DNA of 64,000 bases from assembly GCA_963699725.1 (NCBI GenBank), contig CAVOVA010000001.1, positions 75,937 through 139,936 of the forward strand, written 5' to 3'. The notes beneath the pieces were generated by a model. The model was given only the letters and a program-made list of their open reading frames with translations, did not search any database and had not been told where the DNA came from. A program made the translations under genes and the position numbers. This document shows positions 25,671-35,576 of this stretch, one piece after another. Source of the DNA: an uncultured Thermoleophilia bacterium (GTDB lineage: Bacteria; Actinomycetota; Thermoleophilia; UBA2241). Within the stretch, counting starts at the first letter, position 1, and each line of letters begins with the position of its first letter.

Positions 25671-26840
25671 ATGGCGCTTCGCTCACAGGAAGAAGTGTCG
25701 CTGGCTACCGTCTTCGCGCGTACGCTGCGGAGCGTCATCGCGTTGACCACGTCCGAGGAGAAGCGAGTCTGGCCGGCGGCCGGCGAGGTGCTGGCGACGA
25801 CGCCGGCCGACGCCGTGGCGCCGGCGTCGCTCGTCCGCCTGCTGCAGTTCTCGATCCTCCCCGAGATCCTCGGCGAGAGCGCCGGGCCCGCCATCTACCT
25901 CGCCAGCAAGCGCTGCAGCCGCGACCTCGGCATCAGCTCCATCCAAGGGCTCAAGGACTGGTTCGCGGACATGAAGCTGGGCGAGCTCGAGGTCGAGGTC
26001 GACGAGGAGCGCGTCCTGGTCAAGCTCAGTCACTGCCTCAGCTGCGAACGGCTGCCGGCCACGGGCACCGCGGTGTGCGACGTCGAGCGCGGCATCATCG
26101 ACGGCGTGCTCCAAGGGATCACCGGCACGGAGGTCCTCACCAAGGAGACCATGTGCTGGGGGCTGGGCGACACCGTGTGCCAGTTCGAGGGCTACGCCGG
26201 TCAGCAGGCCGGCTACCTCTATCAGGAGAACGGTTTCAACCCGGATGCGCAGCGCCGGCTGCTCGCGCACATCGCCGACCAGGCGGACGTCGCGCTCGAC
26301 AACCTGCGCCTGCTCCACGAGCGTCGCGAGCACGAGACGCACGACCCGCTGACCGGCCTCATGAACTTCCGGCAGCTGCGCGAGCGGGCTGCGTTCGAGC
26401 TGGCGAGGGCCAAGCGCTACGGGCGCAACGTCGCGTTCGTGATGATCGATCTCGACGACTTCACCATGGTCAACGAGAGCGCCGGGCGCGAAGCCGGCGA
26501 CGAGGTGCTGCGGCACTGGGCGGCAGCCATCACCGCGCAGCTGCGCAGCTGCGATCTGGTCTGCCGCTACGGCGCCGACGAGTTCCTCCTGGTTCTTCCG
26601 GAGACCGCCGACCAGGAGGCTGACGCCATTCTCGGGCGCGTGCTCGGGACCATGCAGGAGCTGGCCGTCGAGACCGATGGCCGCGCCATCGCGCTCACCG
26701 CCTCCGCCGGCGTCGCGAGCTTCCCGGACGATGGGCTCACGGCCGAGGAGATCGTCGCCAAGGCCGCGACGACGATGTACACGGCCCGGAGCGGGGGGCC
26801 GGGCCGTGTCGCCTTCTACTCCGGTCCGCCCAGCTCCTGA
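25671..26840 (+). CDS. V4R-domain (ligand-binding) plus GGDEF-domain protein. The A-site is degenerate (GADEF) and the RxxD I-site is intact.
   Basis: N-terminal ...LSHCLSCERLPATGTAVCDVERGIIDGVLQGITG...CWGLGDTVCQFE (V4R-like Cys pattern). C-terminal ...DPLTGLMNFRQL...MIDLDDF...LRSCDLVCRYGADEFLLVLPE. Confidence 0.75.
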   Translation: MALRSQEEVSLATVFARTLRSVIALTTSEEKRVWPAAGEVLATTPADAVAPASLVRLLQFSILPEILGESAGPAIYLASKRCSRDLGISSIQGLKDWFADMKLGELEVEVDEERVLVKLSHCLSCERLPATGTAVCDVERGIIDGVLQGITGTEVLTKETMCWGLGDTVCQFEGYAGQQAGYLYQENGFNPDAQRRLLAHIADQADVALDNLRLLHERREHETHDPLTGLMNFRQLRERAAFELARAKRYGRNVAFVMIDLDDFTMVNESAGREAGDEVLRHWAAAITAQLRSCDLVCRYGADEFLLVLPETADQEADAILGRVLGTMQELAVETDGRAIALTASAGVASFPDDGLTAEEIVAKAATTMYTARSGGPGRVAFYSGPPSS

Positions 26841-26844
26841 GCGG

Positions 26845-27315
26845 GTGCACGTGGCGGCGCGCGTCGAGCTCCTCGTCGTAGGGTCGTTGCACCGCGACCT
26901 CGCCCCCGCCGCACGCCACTACATCGAACTCCTGAGGCCGCACATGGCGATCACCGTGCGCGAGGTCAAGGAGGTGGCCCTTCGCGGACGCAGCGAGGCC
27001 GAGGTACTGCGCGAGGAGGGGAGGCGCCTGCTCGCAGCGTGGCCGCAGGCGCCCGTGGTGTCCGCGCTCCTCGTGGAGGGCGCCGCGCTGGACACCGAGA
27101 CCTTCGCCGCCAGGCTTCAGCGTTCGTTCGAGCGGGGCGGCGCCGCCTTCGTGATCGGCGGTTCGCTCGGCCTGGCATCCGAGGTCCGCGTGCGAGCCAC
27201 GGACGCCCTTTCTCTCTCGGCCATGACTCTGCCGCATCAGCTTGCCCGCGTCGTGCTGCTCGAGCAGCTCTTCCGCGCCGGCAAGATCTTGCGCGGCGAG
27301 CCGTATCACCACTGA
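26845..27315 (+). CDS. rlmH: 23S rRNA (pseudouridine1915-N3)-methyltransferase RlmH (SPOUT).
   Basis: VHVAARVELLVVGSLHRDLAPAARHYIELL...AFVIGGSLGL...LSLSAMTLPHQLARVVLLEQLFRA. GTG start 5 bp after the upstream stop. Confidence 0.8.
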   Translation: MHVAARVELLVVGSLHRDLAPAARHYIELLRPHMAITVREVKEVALRGRSEAEVLREEGRRLLAAWPQAPVVSALLVEGAALDTETFAARLQRSFERGGAAFVIGGSLGLASEVRVRATDALSLSAMTLPHQLARVVLLEQLFRAGKILRGEPYHH

Positions 27316-27422
27316 GTTTGCGCCTCCGGCCCTCGACCGGCGCCGTCGCATGGCGTCGCCGGGGCGGATAGAATCAGCCGGCGCCGGCCGCCCGGCCGGC
27401 GCCGGCGACCCGATGGTGGACG

Positions 27423-29165
27423 ATGAGCTACGATCTCTACGACCTGAACGGACTGGCGGCCTCGCTCCAGGGTGCGCTCGACGAGGAGCTCGCAGCCGCT
27501 GGAGCAACCGTGGGAGCGGCGCCGGCCGTCGAGCTCGCCTTGCCGGCGCGCCCCGAGCACGGCGACGTCACGACCAACGCGGCGCTCGTGAGCGCCAAGA
27601 AGGCCGGCCGCGCGCCGCGGGAGCTGGCCGAGGCGGTCGGCGCACGATGGCTCGCGGGCCCCGGGGCCGGCGTCTGCGACCGCTTCGAGGTCGCCGGGCC
27701 CGGCTTCCTGAATCTGTTCTTGACAGACTCCTGGTACCGCGGCGCCCTGGAGCGGCTGCTCGCCGAGGGCGGCGACTACGGTCGCGGCTCCCTGCCGGCC
27801 GGCGCTCGGCAGAGGATGAACGTGGAATTCGTCAGCGTCAATCCCACCGGCCCCCTTCACGTCGGACACGCCCGCTATGCCTCCTACGGCGACGCGCTGT
27901 GCCGCATCCTCGCCTTCGTCGGCCACGACGTCACCCGCGAGTTCTACGTCAACGACTACGGCACGCAGATGACCCGCTTCGGCCAGTCGCTCGCCGCCCG
28001 CTATGGCGAACGGCTCGGCCTCGACGTGCCCGTCCCCGAGGAGGGGTATCAGGGTGACTACCTGCTCGACCTCGCCGACGAGCTCATCGCCGCGGTCGGC
28101 GACCGCTACCGCGAGGCGGTCGCCGCGGTGGCGCCGGACGTGTCGGCGCTGCCGGACGACCTCATCGGAGAGATCAAGCTCTGGGGACGGGACGCGATCC
28201 TCGCCCAGTTCCGTGTGACCCTCGAGCGCCTGCGCGTGCCGTTCGACGTCTGGACGTCGGAGAGCAGTCTCTACGAGGGCGACGGCGAGCACCGCGGGTT
28301 CGGTGGGGAGGTCGGCAAGTCCCTCACAGATCTGGACGGTGAGCAACTCCTCTACGACGAGGGAGGCGCCGCTTGGCTCGCGACGACCCGGTACGGCGAC
28401 GACAAGGACCGGGTCCTCATCCGCCAGACCGGCGACCCCACCTACTTCCTCAGCGACATCGCGTATCACCGCGACAAGATGGACCGCGGCTTCGAACACA
28501 TGATCGACGTCTGGGGGGCGGACCACCACGGGTATGTGCCGCGCATGAAGGCCGCCTTCACGGCGCTGCCGCCGCACGACCCGGACAAGCTCGAGCTCAT
28601 CATCGGCCAGCTCGTGAGCCTGCTCGAGAGCGGAGAGGCGCGGCGGATGAGCAAGCGTCGCGGCGACATCGTGACCGTGGACGACCTCATCGACGCGATC
28701 GGCGTCGACGCGGCTCGCTTCCTGCTGGTCGGCCGCTCACACGACACCACCCTGGAGCTGGACATCGACCTCGCGGTGCAGCAGAACAACCAGAACCCCG
28801 TGTACTACGTGCAGTACGCGCACGCGCGCATCTGCAGCATCCTGCGCAACCTTCCGGGTGAGGGCCGGCCGGCCGGCGCAGCCGTCCCGACCGTGACGCT
28901 GGACCCGCACGAGCGTGCCCTGCTGCGCGCCCTGGCGCGCTTCCCCGACATCCTGGTCAACGCGGCCGAGCAGCGCGCACCGCACCGGCTGCACGGCTAT
29001 CTGGGGGAGCTGGCCGCGGAGTTCCACGTCTTCTACCGCCACTGCCGCGTGCTCAGCGACGACGCGGACGTGACCGCGTTCCGGTCGGCTCTGTGCGCGG
29101 CGGTGCGGTCCACTCTCGCCGCCGGGCTCGGCTTGCTCGGCGTGGGCGCGCCGGAATCGATGTGA
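27423..29165 (+). CDS. argS: Arginine--tRNA ligase.
   Basis: ...VEFVSVNPTGPLHVGHARYA (HIGH)...DDGVDIMM-type core...RMSKRRGD (KMSKS-like)...DALR anticodon-binding C-terminus. Confidence 0.9.
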   Translation: MSYDLYDLNGLAASLQGALDEELAAAGATVGAAPAVELALPARPEHGDVTTNAALVSAKKAGRAPRELAEAVGARWLAGPGAGVCDRFEVAGPGFLNLFLTDSWYRGALERLLAEGGDYGRGSLPAGARQRMNVEFVSVNPTGPLHVGHARYASYGDALCRILAFVGHDVTREFYVNDYGTQMTRFGQSLAARYGERLGLDVPVPEEGYQGDYLLDLADELIAAVGDRYREAVAAVAPDVSALPDDLIGEIKLWGRDAILAQFRVTLERLRVPFDVWTSESSLYEGDGEHRGFGGEVGKSLTDLDGEQLLYDEGGAAWLATTRYGDDKDRVLIRQTGDPTYFLSDIAYHRDKMDRGFEHMIDVWGADHHGYVPRMKAAFTALPPHDPDKLELIIGQLVSLLESGEARRMSKRRGDIVTVDDLIDAIGVDAARFLLVGRSHDTTLELDIDLAVQQNNQNPVYYVQYAHARICSILRNLPGEGRPAGAAVPTVTLDPHERALLRALARFPDILVNAAEQRAPHRLHGYLGELAAEFHVFYRHCRVLSDDADVTAFRSALCAAVRSTLAAGLGLLGVGAPESM

Positions 29166-29205
29166 CAAGGGCCGGCGCGGGTCCGTGCCCGCCGGCCCGC
29201 CACCT

Positions 29206-29629
29206 TCAGCCGCCGTACTTCACGCGTGCCCAGTCGCGGAGTTCGTCGGTCTGCTCGGGCGTCAGGTCCTTCTCGAGCCCGAGCAGCATGGCGACGGCGA
29301 CGCCGGTCTGATCGTTGATGAGCTTGTGCACCACGCTCTCGAGGACCGTCTGTCCGACTTCACGCCCCGGAATGGCGGGCGTGTACACGTAGGCGATCCC
29401 GCTCTTGTCCTGGTCGAGCAGGTGCTTCTTGACCAGGTTGTTCATCACGGTCATCACGGTGGTGTACGCGATCGTGCGCCGCTCGCGCAAGGTCTCGTAC
29501 ACCGCCCGGACCGTGGTCCGGTCCTTCTCCCAGACGACGGCCAGGATGTCCGCCTCGAGAGATCCGATGCCGGTGAAGGGCGCGCCCTTCGTACTGCGCA
29601 GCCACTTCGGTCTTGCCTCCTCCATCATG
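29206..29629 (-). CDS. BlaI/MecI/CopY-family winged-helix transcriptional repressor (orphan).
   Basis: MMEEARPKWLRSTKGAPFTGIGSLEADILAVVWEKDRTTVRAVYETL...TVMNNLVKKHLL... Confidence 0.75.
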
Positions 29630-29786
29630 ACTCCCTCACACGTGCGGCTTTGACGTACCCCCTCACGAAAGCGCAGTACGTATGACATGCTACGTATTCC
29701 CCATCACTGCAAACTCACGCCCGCTTCGCCGTACAGTAGACTAGCGGCCCAAGGTCGACGGACGGCGCGGACGGAGGAGGAGGCGG

Positions 29787-30854
29787 ATGAGTGCAGAGAG
29801 ACCAGGCTCGAGCGCCGACCTGGAGTTGCTCCGCGAGCTCTGCCTCACGCCCGGACCGACCGGGTTCGAGGCGGCCGTGCAGGAGGTCGTCCGCCACCGG
29901 CTCGCGCCTCTCGGTGACGCCGAGGGTGATCCGCTCGGCAACCTGTGGCTCCAGATCGGGCCCGCGGAAGGACCGCTGGTCGCGATCGCCGCTCACGCCG
30001 ACCAGATCGGCCTCATCGTCACGCACGTGGACGAGCGCGGCTACGTGTCCGTCGAGCGGATCGGCGGCGTGGCTCCGCTCCTCGTGCCGGGGCGCCATTT
30101 CGTGATCCACGGGCGCGACGGCGACGTGCACGCGGTGGGCGGGCGCAAGCCTACGCATGTCATCCCCGAGGAGGACCGCGACAAGGCGCCCGAGCTCCAC
30201 CAGCAGTTTCTCGACATCGGCGCCGGCGATCGCCCAGGCGCGCTCGCGAGGGTGGCCGTCGGCGATCCCGTCACCTTCACGCCCGACTTCATCGAGCTGT
30301 CGGCGGACGTGGTCGCCACACAGGCGCTCGACGACCGCGGCGGCGTGTACGCCATGGTTCGCGCGCTCGAGCAGTACGCGGACGATCCGGGCGCGGCGCG
30401 GCTCATCGGCTTGGCGACCGTGCACGAGGAGACGACGTTCATGGGCGCCAAGGCTCTTGCCCTGCGGCTGCAGCCCGATGTGCTCATCGTGCTCGACGGC
30501 GACTTCTGCAGCGACACACCGGCCGCGGACGCCAAGGAGCTGGCCGGCGAGGTCAAGCTCGGCGCGGGCCCCGTCCTCAGCCGCGGCGCCGCCAGCAGCG
30601 AGCACCTTGTCGCGCTCGCCCGCGAGGTGGCCGCGGCTGAAGGACTCAGCGTGCAGATCAAGGCCTATCCGGGCGAGACCCAGACCGACGCCGACGAGCT
30701 CATGGCCGCCGGTACGGCGGCCACGCTCACGGTCGGCCTGCCGATGCGGTACATGCACTCGCCGTTCGAGGTCGCGCACACCGGCGACCTGGAGGCGGCG
30801 GCGCGCCTGGCCGCTGCCCTGGCGCGCCGCATCGGTGAGGAGCCGCTGCGATGA
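29787..30854 (+). CDS. M42-family (glutamyl aminopeptidase / FrvX-like) metallopeptidase.
   Basis: ...AIAAHADQIGLIVTHVDERGYVSVERIGGV...DDRGGVYAMV...EETTFMGA... Confidence 0.8.
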   Translation: MSAERPGSSADLELLRELCLTPGPTGFEAAVQEVVRHRLAPLGDAEGDPLGNLWLQIGPAEGPLVAIAAHADQIGLIVTHVDERGYVSVERIGGVAPLLVPGRHFVIHGRDGDVHAVGGRKPTHVIPEEDRDKAPELHQQFLDIGAGDRPGALARVAVGDPVTFTPDFIELSADVVATQALDDRGGVYAMVRALEQYADDPGAARLIGLATVHEETTFMGAKALALRLQPDVLIVLDGDFCSDTPAADAKELAGEVKLGAGPVLSRGAASSEHLVALAREVAAAEGLSVQIKAYPGETQTDADELMAAGTAATLTVGLPMRYMHSPFEVAHTGDLEAAARLAAALARRIGEEPLR

Positions 30855-31666
30855 AGCTCTTCATCGCCATCGATCTCGAAGGCATCTCGGGCGTCGTCTC
30901 CGAGGCGGACGCGGATCGAGAGGGCGCGCCCGCGCAGCGCGCCCGCGCCCACATGCGCGCCGACCTCGACGCCGTCCTCGAGGGCTGCGCCGCGGCCGGC
31001 GCCGACGAGGTGGTCGTCTGCGATGCCCACGACGAAGGACGCAATCTCGATCCCACCGGTCTGGACGCGACCGTGACGCTGATGAGTGGTCCCTCCTCTC
31101 CGCTGAGCATGGTCGAGGGACTCGCGCCGGACTGCGACGGCGCGCTCTTCGTCGGCTATCACGCGCGCGCCGGCACCGCTGCGGCCGTGCTCGAGCACAC
31201 GTGGAACTACAAGGTGTACACGGTCGCCGTCGGCGATCTGGAGATCGGCGAGTTCGGCGTCGCCGCCCTCCTCGCCGGGGAGTTCGGCGTGCCCGCCGTG
31301 TACGTGTCGGGCGACGACAAGACGGCGGCCGAGGCGCGTGCGCTCGTCCCCGGCATCGCTGCCACGGTGGTCAAGGCCGGGGTGCGCCGTGAGGCCGCCG
31401 CGCTGTGCCCGCCCGCTGTGGCGCGGGCGCGGATGCGCGCCGACGTGGAAGCGGCGCTGCGGGCCGACCCGTGGCCGGCGCCACTCGTCTGGAACGGCCA
31501 GCCGCTTCGGCTGACGTTCACCCGCGTGCCGTTCTGCGACCTCGCCGAGGCCTGCCCCGGAACGACCAGGCTCGACGGGCGCACACTGGAGATCGCCGGG
31601 ACCTCGTTCGCCGAGGTGTACGCGGGATTCCTCGCCTGCCTGCGGCTCTCGGAGCTGGAGGGCTGA
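30851..31666 (+). CDS. D-aminopeptidase DppA-like (peptidase M55).
   Basis: MKLFIAIDLEGISGVVSE...VCDAHDEGRNLDP...GYHARAGT... 4-bp overlap with the M42 gene. Confidence 0.75.
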   Translation: MKLFIAIDLEGISGVVSEADADREGAPAQRARAHMRADLDAVLEGCAAAGADEVVVCDAHDEGRNLDPTGLDATVTLMSGPSSPLSMVEGLAPDCDGALFVGYHARAGTAAAVLEHTWNYKVYTVAVGDLEIGEFGVAALLAGEFGVPAVYVSGDDKTAAEARALVPGIAATVVKAGVRREAAALCPPAVARARMRADVEAALRADPWPAPLVWNGQPLRLTFTRVPFCDLAEACPGTTRLDGRTLEIAGTSFAEVYAGFLACLRLSELEG

Positions 31667-31785
31667 CGCGGGCACTGGCGGCCCTGAGTGCAGTTGCGAG
31701 GCCGCCCGTGCTGTGGTGAACTAGCCAACGCAGCACGAACTGGCGAGAGGGGCGCCGCAGGGGCACCGCTCGCCGGCCCACGCGG

Positions 31786-31861
31786 GCGGATGTAGTGTAG
31801 TTGGTAACACGTCAGCTTCCCAAGCTGAAGATCGCGGGTTCGAGTCCCGTCATCCGCTCCA
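31786..31861 (+). tRNA. tRNA-Gly (anticodon CCC).
   Basis: Cloverleaf with acceptor stem GCGGATG/CATCCGC, anticodon arm TCAGC-TTCCCAA-GCTGA, T-arm GGTTCGAGTCC and a genomically encoded CCA. Confidence 0.85.
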
Positions 31862-32024
31862 ATCCTCTCCGCCGGCCTCACGTTCATGACCGCGTCTGTC
31901 GGCCGTCCTCCTGACCGACGTCAGGATTCCCTCAAGGCGATGGATAGGGTATCCTAATAAGCGGTAGAGGCGGGCCTTCGCGCGAGGCGACCGCCACTCA
32001 TCATCCGCCGATCGGAGACGAGCC

Positions 32025-32684
32025 GTGAGCACACGCACGCAGAGCGTCGAGGAGTATCTCGAAGCCATCTTCAAGCTGCAGCGAGGCCAGGATCCCGTCA
32101 CCGTGACGCGTATCGCGGCCGAGTTGGGCGTGGCTCCGCCGTCGGTCTCCGAGATGCTCAGGCGCCTGCGCGCGGACGGTCTCGTCGCGGAGCCGGCCGA
32201 GGGAATCGGCATCACCCTCACCGCGGTCGGCGAGATGGAGGGCGCGACCCTCGTGCGCCGCCACCGGCTGAGCGAGCGCTTCCTCGTCGACTACCTCGAC
32301 ATGCCCTGGGACACCGTGCACGAGGAGGCCTGCAAGCTCGAGCACGTTCTCAGCTCCGAGGTCGAGGCGCGGCTCGCCGAGCAGCTCGGCAACCCGCGCA
32401 CCTGCCCGCACGGCCACACCATCCCCGGCGAAGACGGCACGCTCACCGACGACGACATGCGACCGCTCTCCGGCCTCGAGCCGGGCGACACAGCCGTCAT
32501 CGCCTGCATCGCGGAGGAGAAGAGCGACCTGCTGCGCTACCTCGCCTCGCTCGGCCTGCTCCCGGATACGACCGTCGCCGTCGAGAGCGTGGCGCCCTTC
32601 AACGGACCGCTGCTGGTGCGCGTCGGTGGTTCGCAGTACGCCCTCGGTCGCGAGGTGACCGACAAGATCATGGTCCGCGGCTGA
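32025..32684 (+). CDS. DtxR/IdeR-family metal-dependent repressor with a C-terminal FeoA/SH3-like domain.
   Basis: GTG start. ...EEYLEAIFKLQRGQDPVTVTRIAAELGVAPPSVSEMLRRL...RRHRLSERFLVD...CPHGH... C-terminal ...LEPGDTAVIACI.... Confidence 0.8.
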   Translation: MSTRTQSVEEYLEAIFKLQRGQDPVTVTRIAAELGVAPPSVSEMLRRLRADGLVAEPAEGIGITLTAVGEMEGATLVRRHRLSERFLVDYLDMPWDTVHEEACKLEHVLSSEVEARLAEQLGNPRTCPHGHTIPGEDGTLTDDDMRPLSGLEPGDTAVIACIAEEKSDLLRYLASLGLLPDTTVAVESVAPFNGPLLVRVGGSQYALGREVTDKIMVRG

Positions 32685-32689
32685 CGCCG

Positions 32690-34684
32690 ATGGCCACGTC
32701 GCTCCACCCGAGCGGCCACGAGGTCGTCCACGCGAGTCCGGCCGACCGGCCGCTCGTCGTCTGCCTGGCCGGCAACCCCAACGTCGGCAAGTCCTCGCTG
32801 TTCAACGCGCTCGCGGGGGAAGCGCAGGAGACGGCCCACTGCGCCGGAGTGACCGTCGAGGCCTGCGCCGCCTTCACACGCTGGCAGGAACGGCGTATCG
32901 AACTGGTCGACCTGCCTGGCAGCTACGCGCTCGACGGGTTCAGCGAGGATCAGCTGGCGGCGCGGCGGGCGGTGCTCGACTGGCGGCCCGACGTCGTCAT
33001 CGCCGTGGCCGACGCGACCAACCTCGCCCGGAGCCTGTTCCTTCCCATGCAGCTGCTCGATCTGGGGTACCGGGTCGTGGTCGCCCTCAATCTCTCCGAC
33101 GAGGCGCGACGGACCGGGCGCACGCCGGACGCCGAGCGGCTCTCGCGGGACCTCGGCGTCCCCGTCGTCCCGACGGTGGCGCCGCGCGGCGAAGGCCTCG
33201 CGAAACTCGAGGCCGCTGTGCTGCGCGTCAGCGCCGGTGGCGGCCTGGGCGAGACCGCCGGCACGCCGCTGCCGTCCGAGGTGGAGCAGCGCGTCGCGGA
33301 GGTGGCCCTCTACATCGCCGCGAGCGCCGACGAGGGCCGCCTCGCGCCGGGAGGTCTCAGCCCGCGCGCGGCGGCGCTGGCCGTCCTCGAGGGCGACGCC
33401 GACGTCGCCCGTGCCGTCGGCCTTGACGTCGCCGACTTCCTCACCGGCGCCGACGAGGGTCTCGCGCTCGAGATCTCCAAGGCGCGGCACGCCGAGGCGC
33501 GGGCGCTGGCGGCGGCCGCGCAGGACACGCGCGCCGCCGCCGACCGCTGGTGGCGACTCACCACCGCGCCGCGCACGGGCGTCCCCATCCTGCTCGGCGT
33601 CATCACCGTCGTGTTCGCCACGCTCTTCGTCGTCGGCGATCTGCTCGCGCGGGTGCTTACGGCGGCCTGGACGGCGTGGATCTCCCCTGCGGTCGTCAGC
33701 GTGGTCACCGCCATCTTCGGCGACGGCACCCTCGGCAGGGTCGTCCTGTGGGGCGTCGACGGCGGCATCCTTGCGACGCTGGCCGTCGGCATCCCCTACA
33801 TCCTCACCTTCTACTTCATCCTCGCGCTGGTGGAAGACACCGGCTACATGAACGCCGCCGCGTTCCTGAGCGACCGCATCATGCACCGCATCGGGCTCCA
33901 CGGCCGGGCCATCATCCCCTTGATCGCCGCCGGCGGCTGCAACGTACCGGCGATCATCGCCACGCGCTCGCTGGGCAACAAGCGCGAGCGCACCATCGCC
34001 GCCGTGCTCGCCACGCTCACGCCGTGCAGCGCGCGCACCGCCGTCATCATCGGGGCCGTCGCCGGTGTCGCCGGCTGGCAGTACGCGCTCCTCACCTACG
34101 CCGTCCTCACCGTCGTCATCATCCTCGCCGGGCTCGGCATGAACCGGCTCATGCCCGGCGACAAGGGCGTGCTGGTCATGGAGATGTTCCCCTTCCGCCG
34201 CCCGGTGCTCCGTCAGGTGGCGCGCAAGACGTGGCGGCGCTTTCGCGAGTTCGTCTGGGACGCCGCCCCGATCATCGTGCTGGGCAGCATGGCGCTCGGG
34301 CTGTTGTACGAGACCGGCTGGGTGTGGGAGCTCGGGACCGTGCTCGAGCCCATCGTCGAGGGGTGGCTCCTGTTGCCGATGGTCGCCGGGCTCACGCTCG
34401 TGTTCGCGGTGCTCCGCAAGGAGCTCGCCCTGCAGCTGCTGCTGGTGTTCGCCGCCGTACAGGCCGGCGGGGTGGCGGTCAGCATCTCCTCGTTCATGTC
34501 CACGTCGCAGATCGTCACCTACGCGATCGTGAACGCGCTCTACGTGCCCTGCGTGGCCACCATCGCGGTGCTGAGGCGGGAGCTGGGGTGGCGGCGCACG
34601 GCCGTCATCTGTACCGGCACCATCGTGCTCGCGCTTCTTGTGGGCGGCATCGTCGCCCGCGTGCTCCCGCTGTTCGCCGCCTGA
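32690..34684 (+). CDS. feoB: Ferrous iron transporter FeoB.
   Basis: N-terminal G-protein domain GNPNVGKSSLFNALAG...VDLPG..., followed by a polytopic permease domain. Confidence 0.85.
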   Translation: MATSLHPSGHEVVHASPADRPLVVCLAGNPNVGKSSLFNALAGEAQETAHCAGVTVEACAAFTRWQERRIELVDLPGSYALDGFSEDQLAARRAVLDWRPDVVIAVADATNLARSLFLPMQLLDLGYRVVVALNLSDEARRTGRTPDAERLSRDLGVPVVPTVAPRGEGLAKLEAAVLRVSAGGGLGETAGTPLPSEVEQRVAEVALYIAASADEGRLAPGGLSPRAAALAVLEGDADVARAVGLDVADFLTGADEGLALEISKARHAEARALAAAAQDTRAAADRWWRLTTAPRTGVPILLGVITVVFATLFVVGDLLARVLTAAWTAWISPAVVSVVTAIFGDGTLGRVVLWGVDGGILATLAVGIPYILTFYFILALVEDTGYMNAAAFLSDRIMHRIGLHGRAIIPLIAAGGCNVPAIIATRSLGNKRERTIAAVLATLTPCSARTAVIIGAVAGVAGWQYALLTYAVLTVVIILAGLGMNRLMPGDKGVLVMEMFPFRRPVLRQVARKTWRRFREFVWDAAPIIVLGSMALGLLYETGWVWELGTVLEPIVEGWLLLPMVAGLTLVFAVLRKELALQLLLVFAAVQAGGVAVSISSFMSTSQIVTYAIVNALYVPCVATIAVLRRELGWRRTAVICTGTIVLALLVGGIVARVLPLFAA

Positions 34685-34735
34685 GTGTCGGCCGCGGGTG
34701 CGCCTCCCGCTCCGGCGGCGCACTGCGCCAGGGAG

Positions 34736-35506
34736 TCACCGCCTCCGTGCAGGCGCCTCCGTGGGAGCGCCGTTCGCGAGCGCCCAGTCGATCGTGGCAC
34801 GCGCCACGAGCGCCGAGCGCCCGGGACCGTGATGGCCGCCCTCACCGAGCGCGATGAGCGCGGAAGGCGCGGCCAGCACGGCAGCGAGGCGTTCGCTGTG
34901 TGCGTACGGCACCTCGTCGTCGTCGCGCGCGTGCGCCAGCAGCACGCGCGGCAGGCCGGCGGCCGCCTCCACGAGGTCGAGGCCGCCGAGGAACGGCCGC
35001 AGCGCGGCGCCGTCGAAGCGGCCGGAGTACTCGCGGCCCGGCGGCCCGCCGGGGGCGCCCGCCGGGTCGTTCTCGAGCTCGTCGAGCCCGGCGAGCAGGG
35101 ACTCGCCGTCCGCCGGGCACAGCAGCACCAGCGAGCGGAAGAGCCTGGGCCGGGCGCGCGTCGCCAGCAGGAGCATGCATCCGCCCATGCTGGCCCCGCG
35201 CGCCGCCAGCCAGGGGGCGCCGGACTCCGCGAGCAGCCGTTCGCCTGCGGCCACGGCGTCCCGCCAGCCGTCCGGATCCATCTTGCCGCCGCTCTCGCCG
35301 TGACCGCGGAAATCGAAGGTGAGCGCGGCGAGCCCGGCTGCGGCGGCCTGCTCGCCCATCAGCTCGTGGTTCTCCTTGCGGCTGCCGGCGCCGTGGCAGA
35401 CGAGGAGCGCGCCGGCGGGCGAGCTCGCCGGCCGGAAGAACCGGCCGGCGAGCACGACGCCGTCCGACGCGATCGTAAGGGGCCGTGGCGGAGGTGTCGT
35501 ATCCAC
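34736..35506 (-). CDS. Alpha/beta-hydrolase-fold protein.
   Basis: ...LVCHGAGSRKENHELM...GASMGG (nucleophile elbow GxSxG)... Start is uncertain: GTG at 35506 or an upstream ATG at 35554. Confidence 0.6.
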   Translation of the reverse strand: MDTTPPPRPLTIASDGVVLAGRFFRPASSPAGALLVCHGAGSRKENHELMGEQAAAAGLAALTFDFRGHGESGGKMDPDGWRDAVAAGERLLAESGAPWLAARGASMGGCMLLLATRARPRLFRSLVLLCPADGESLLAGLDELENDPAGAPGGPPGREYSGRFDGAALRPFLGGLDLVEAAAGLPRVLLAHARDDDEVPYAHSERLAAVLAAPSALIALGEGGHHGPGRSALVARATIDWALANGAPTEAPARRR

Positions 35507-35576
35507 GACCCTTAAGTTTAGCGAACAGGCAGGGTGTGATGTACTACCGTGCACCCCGCAGCACCACGGAGGTCAC

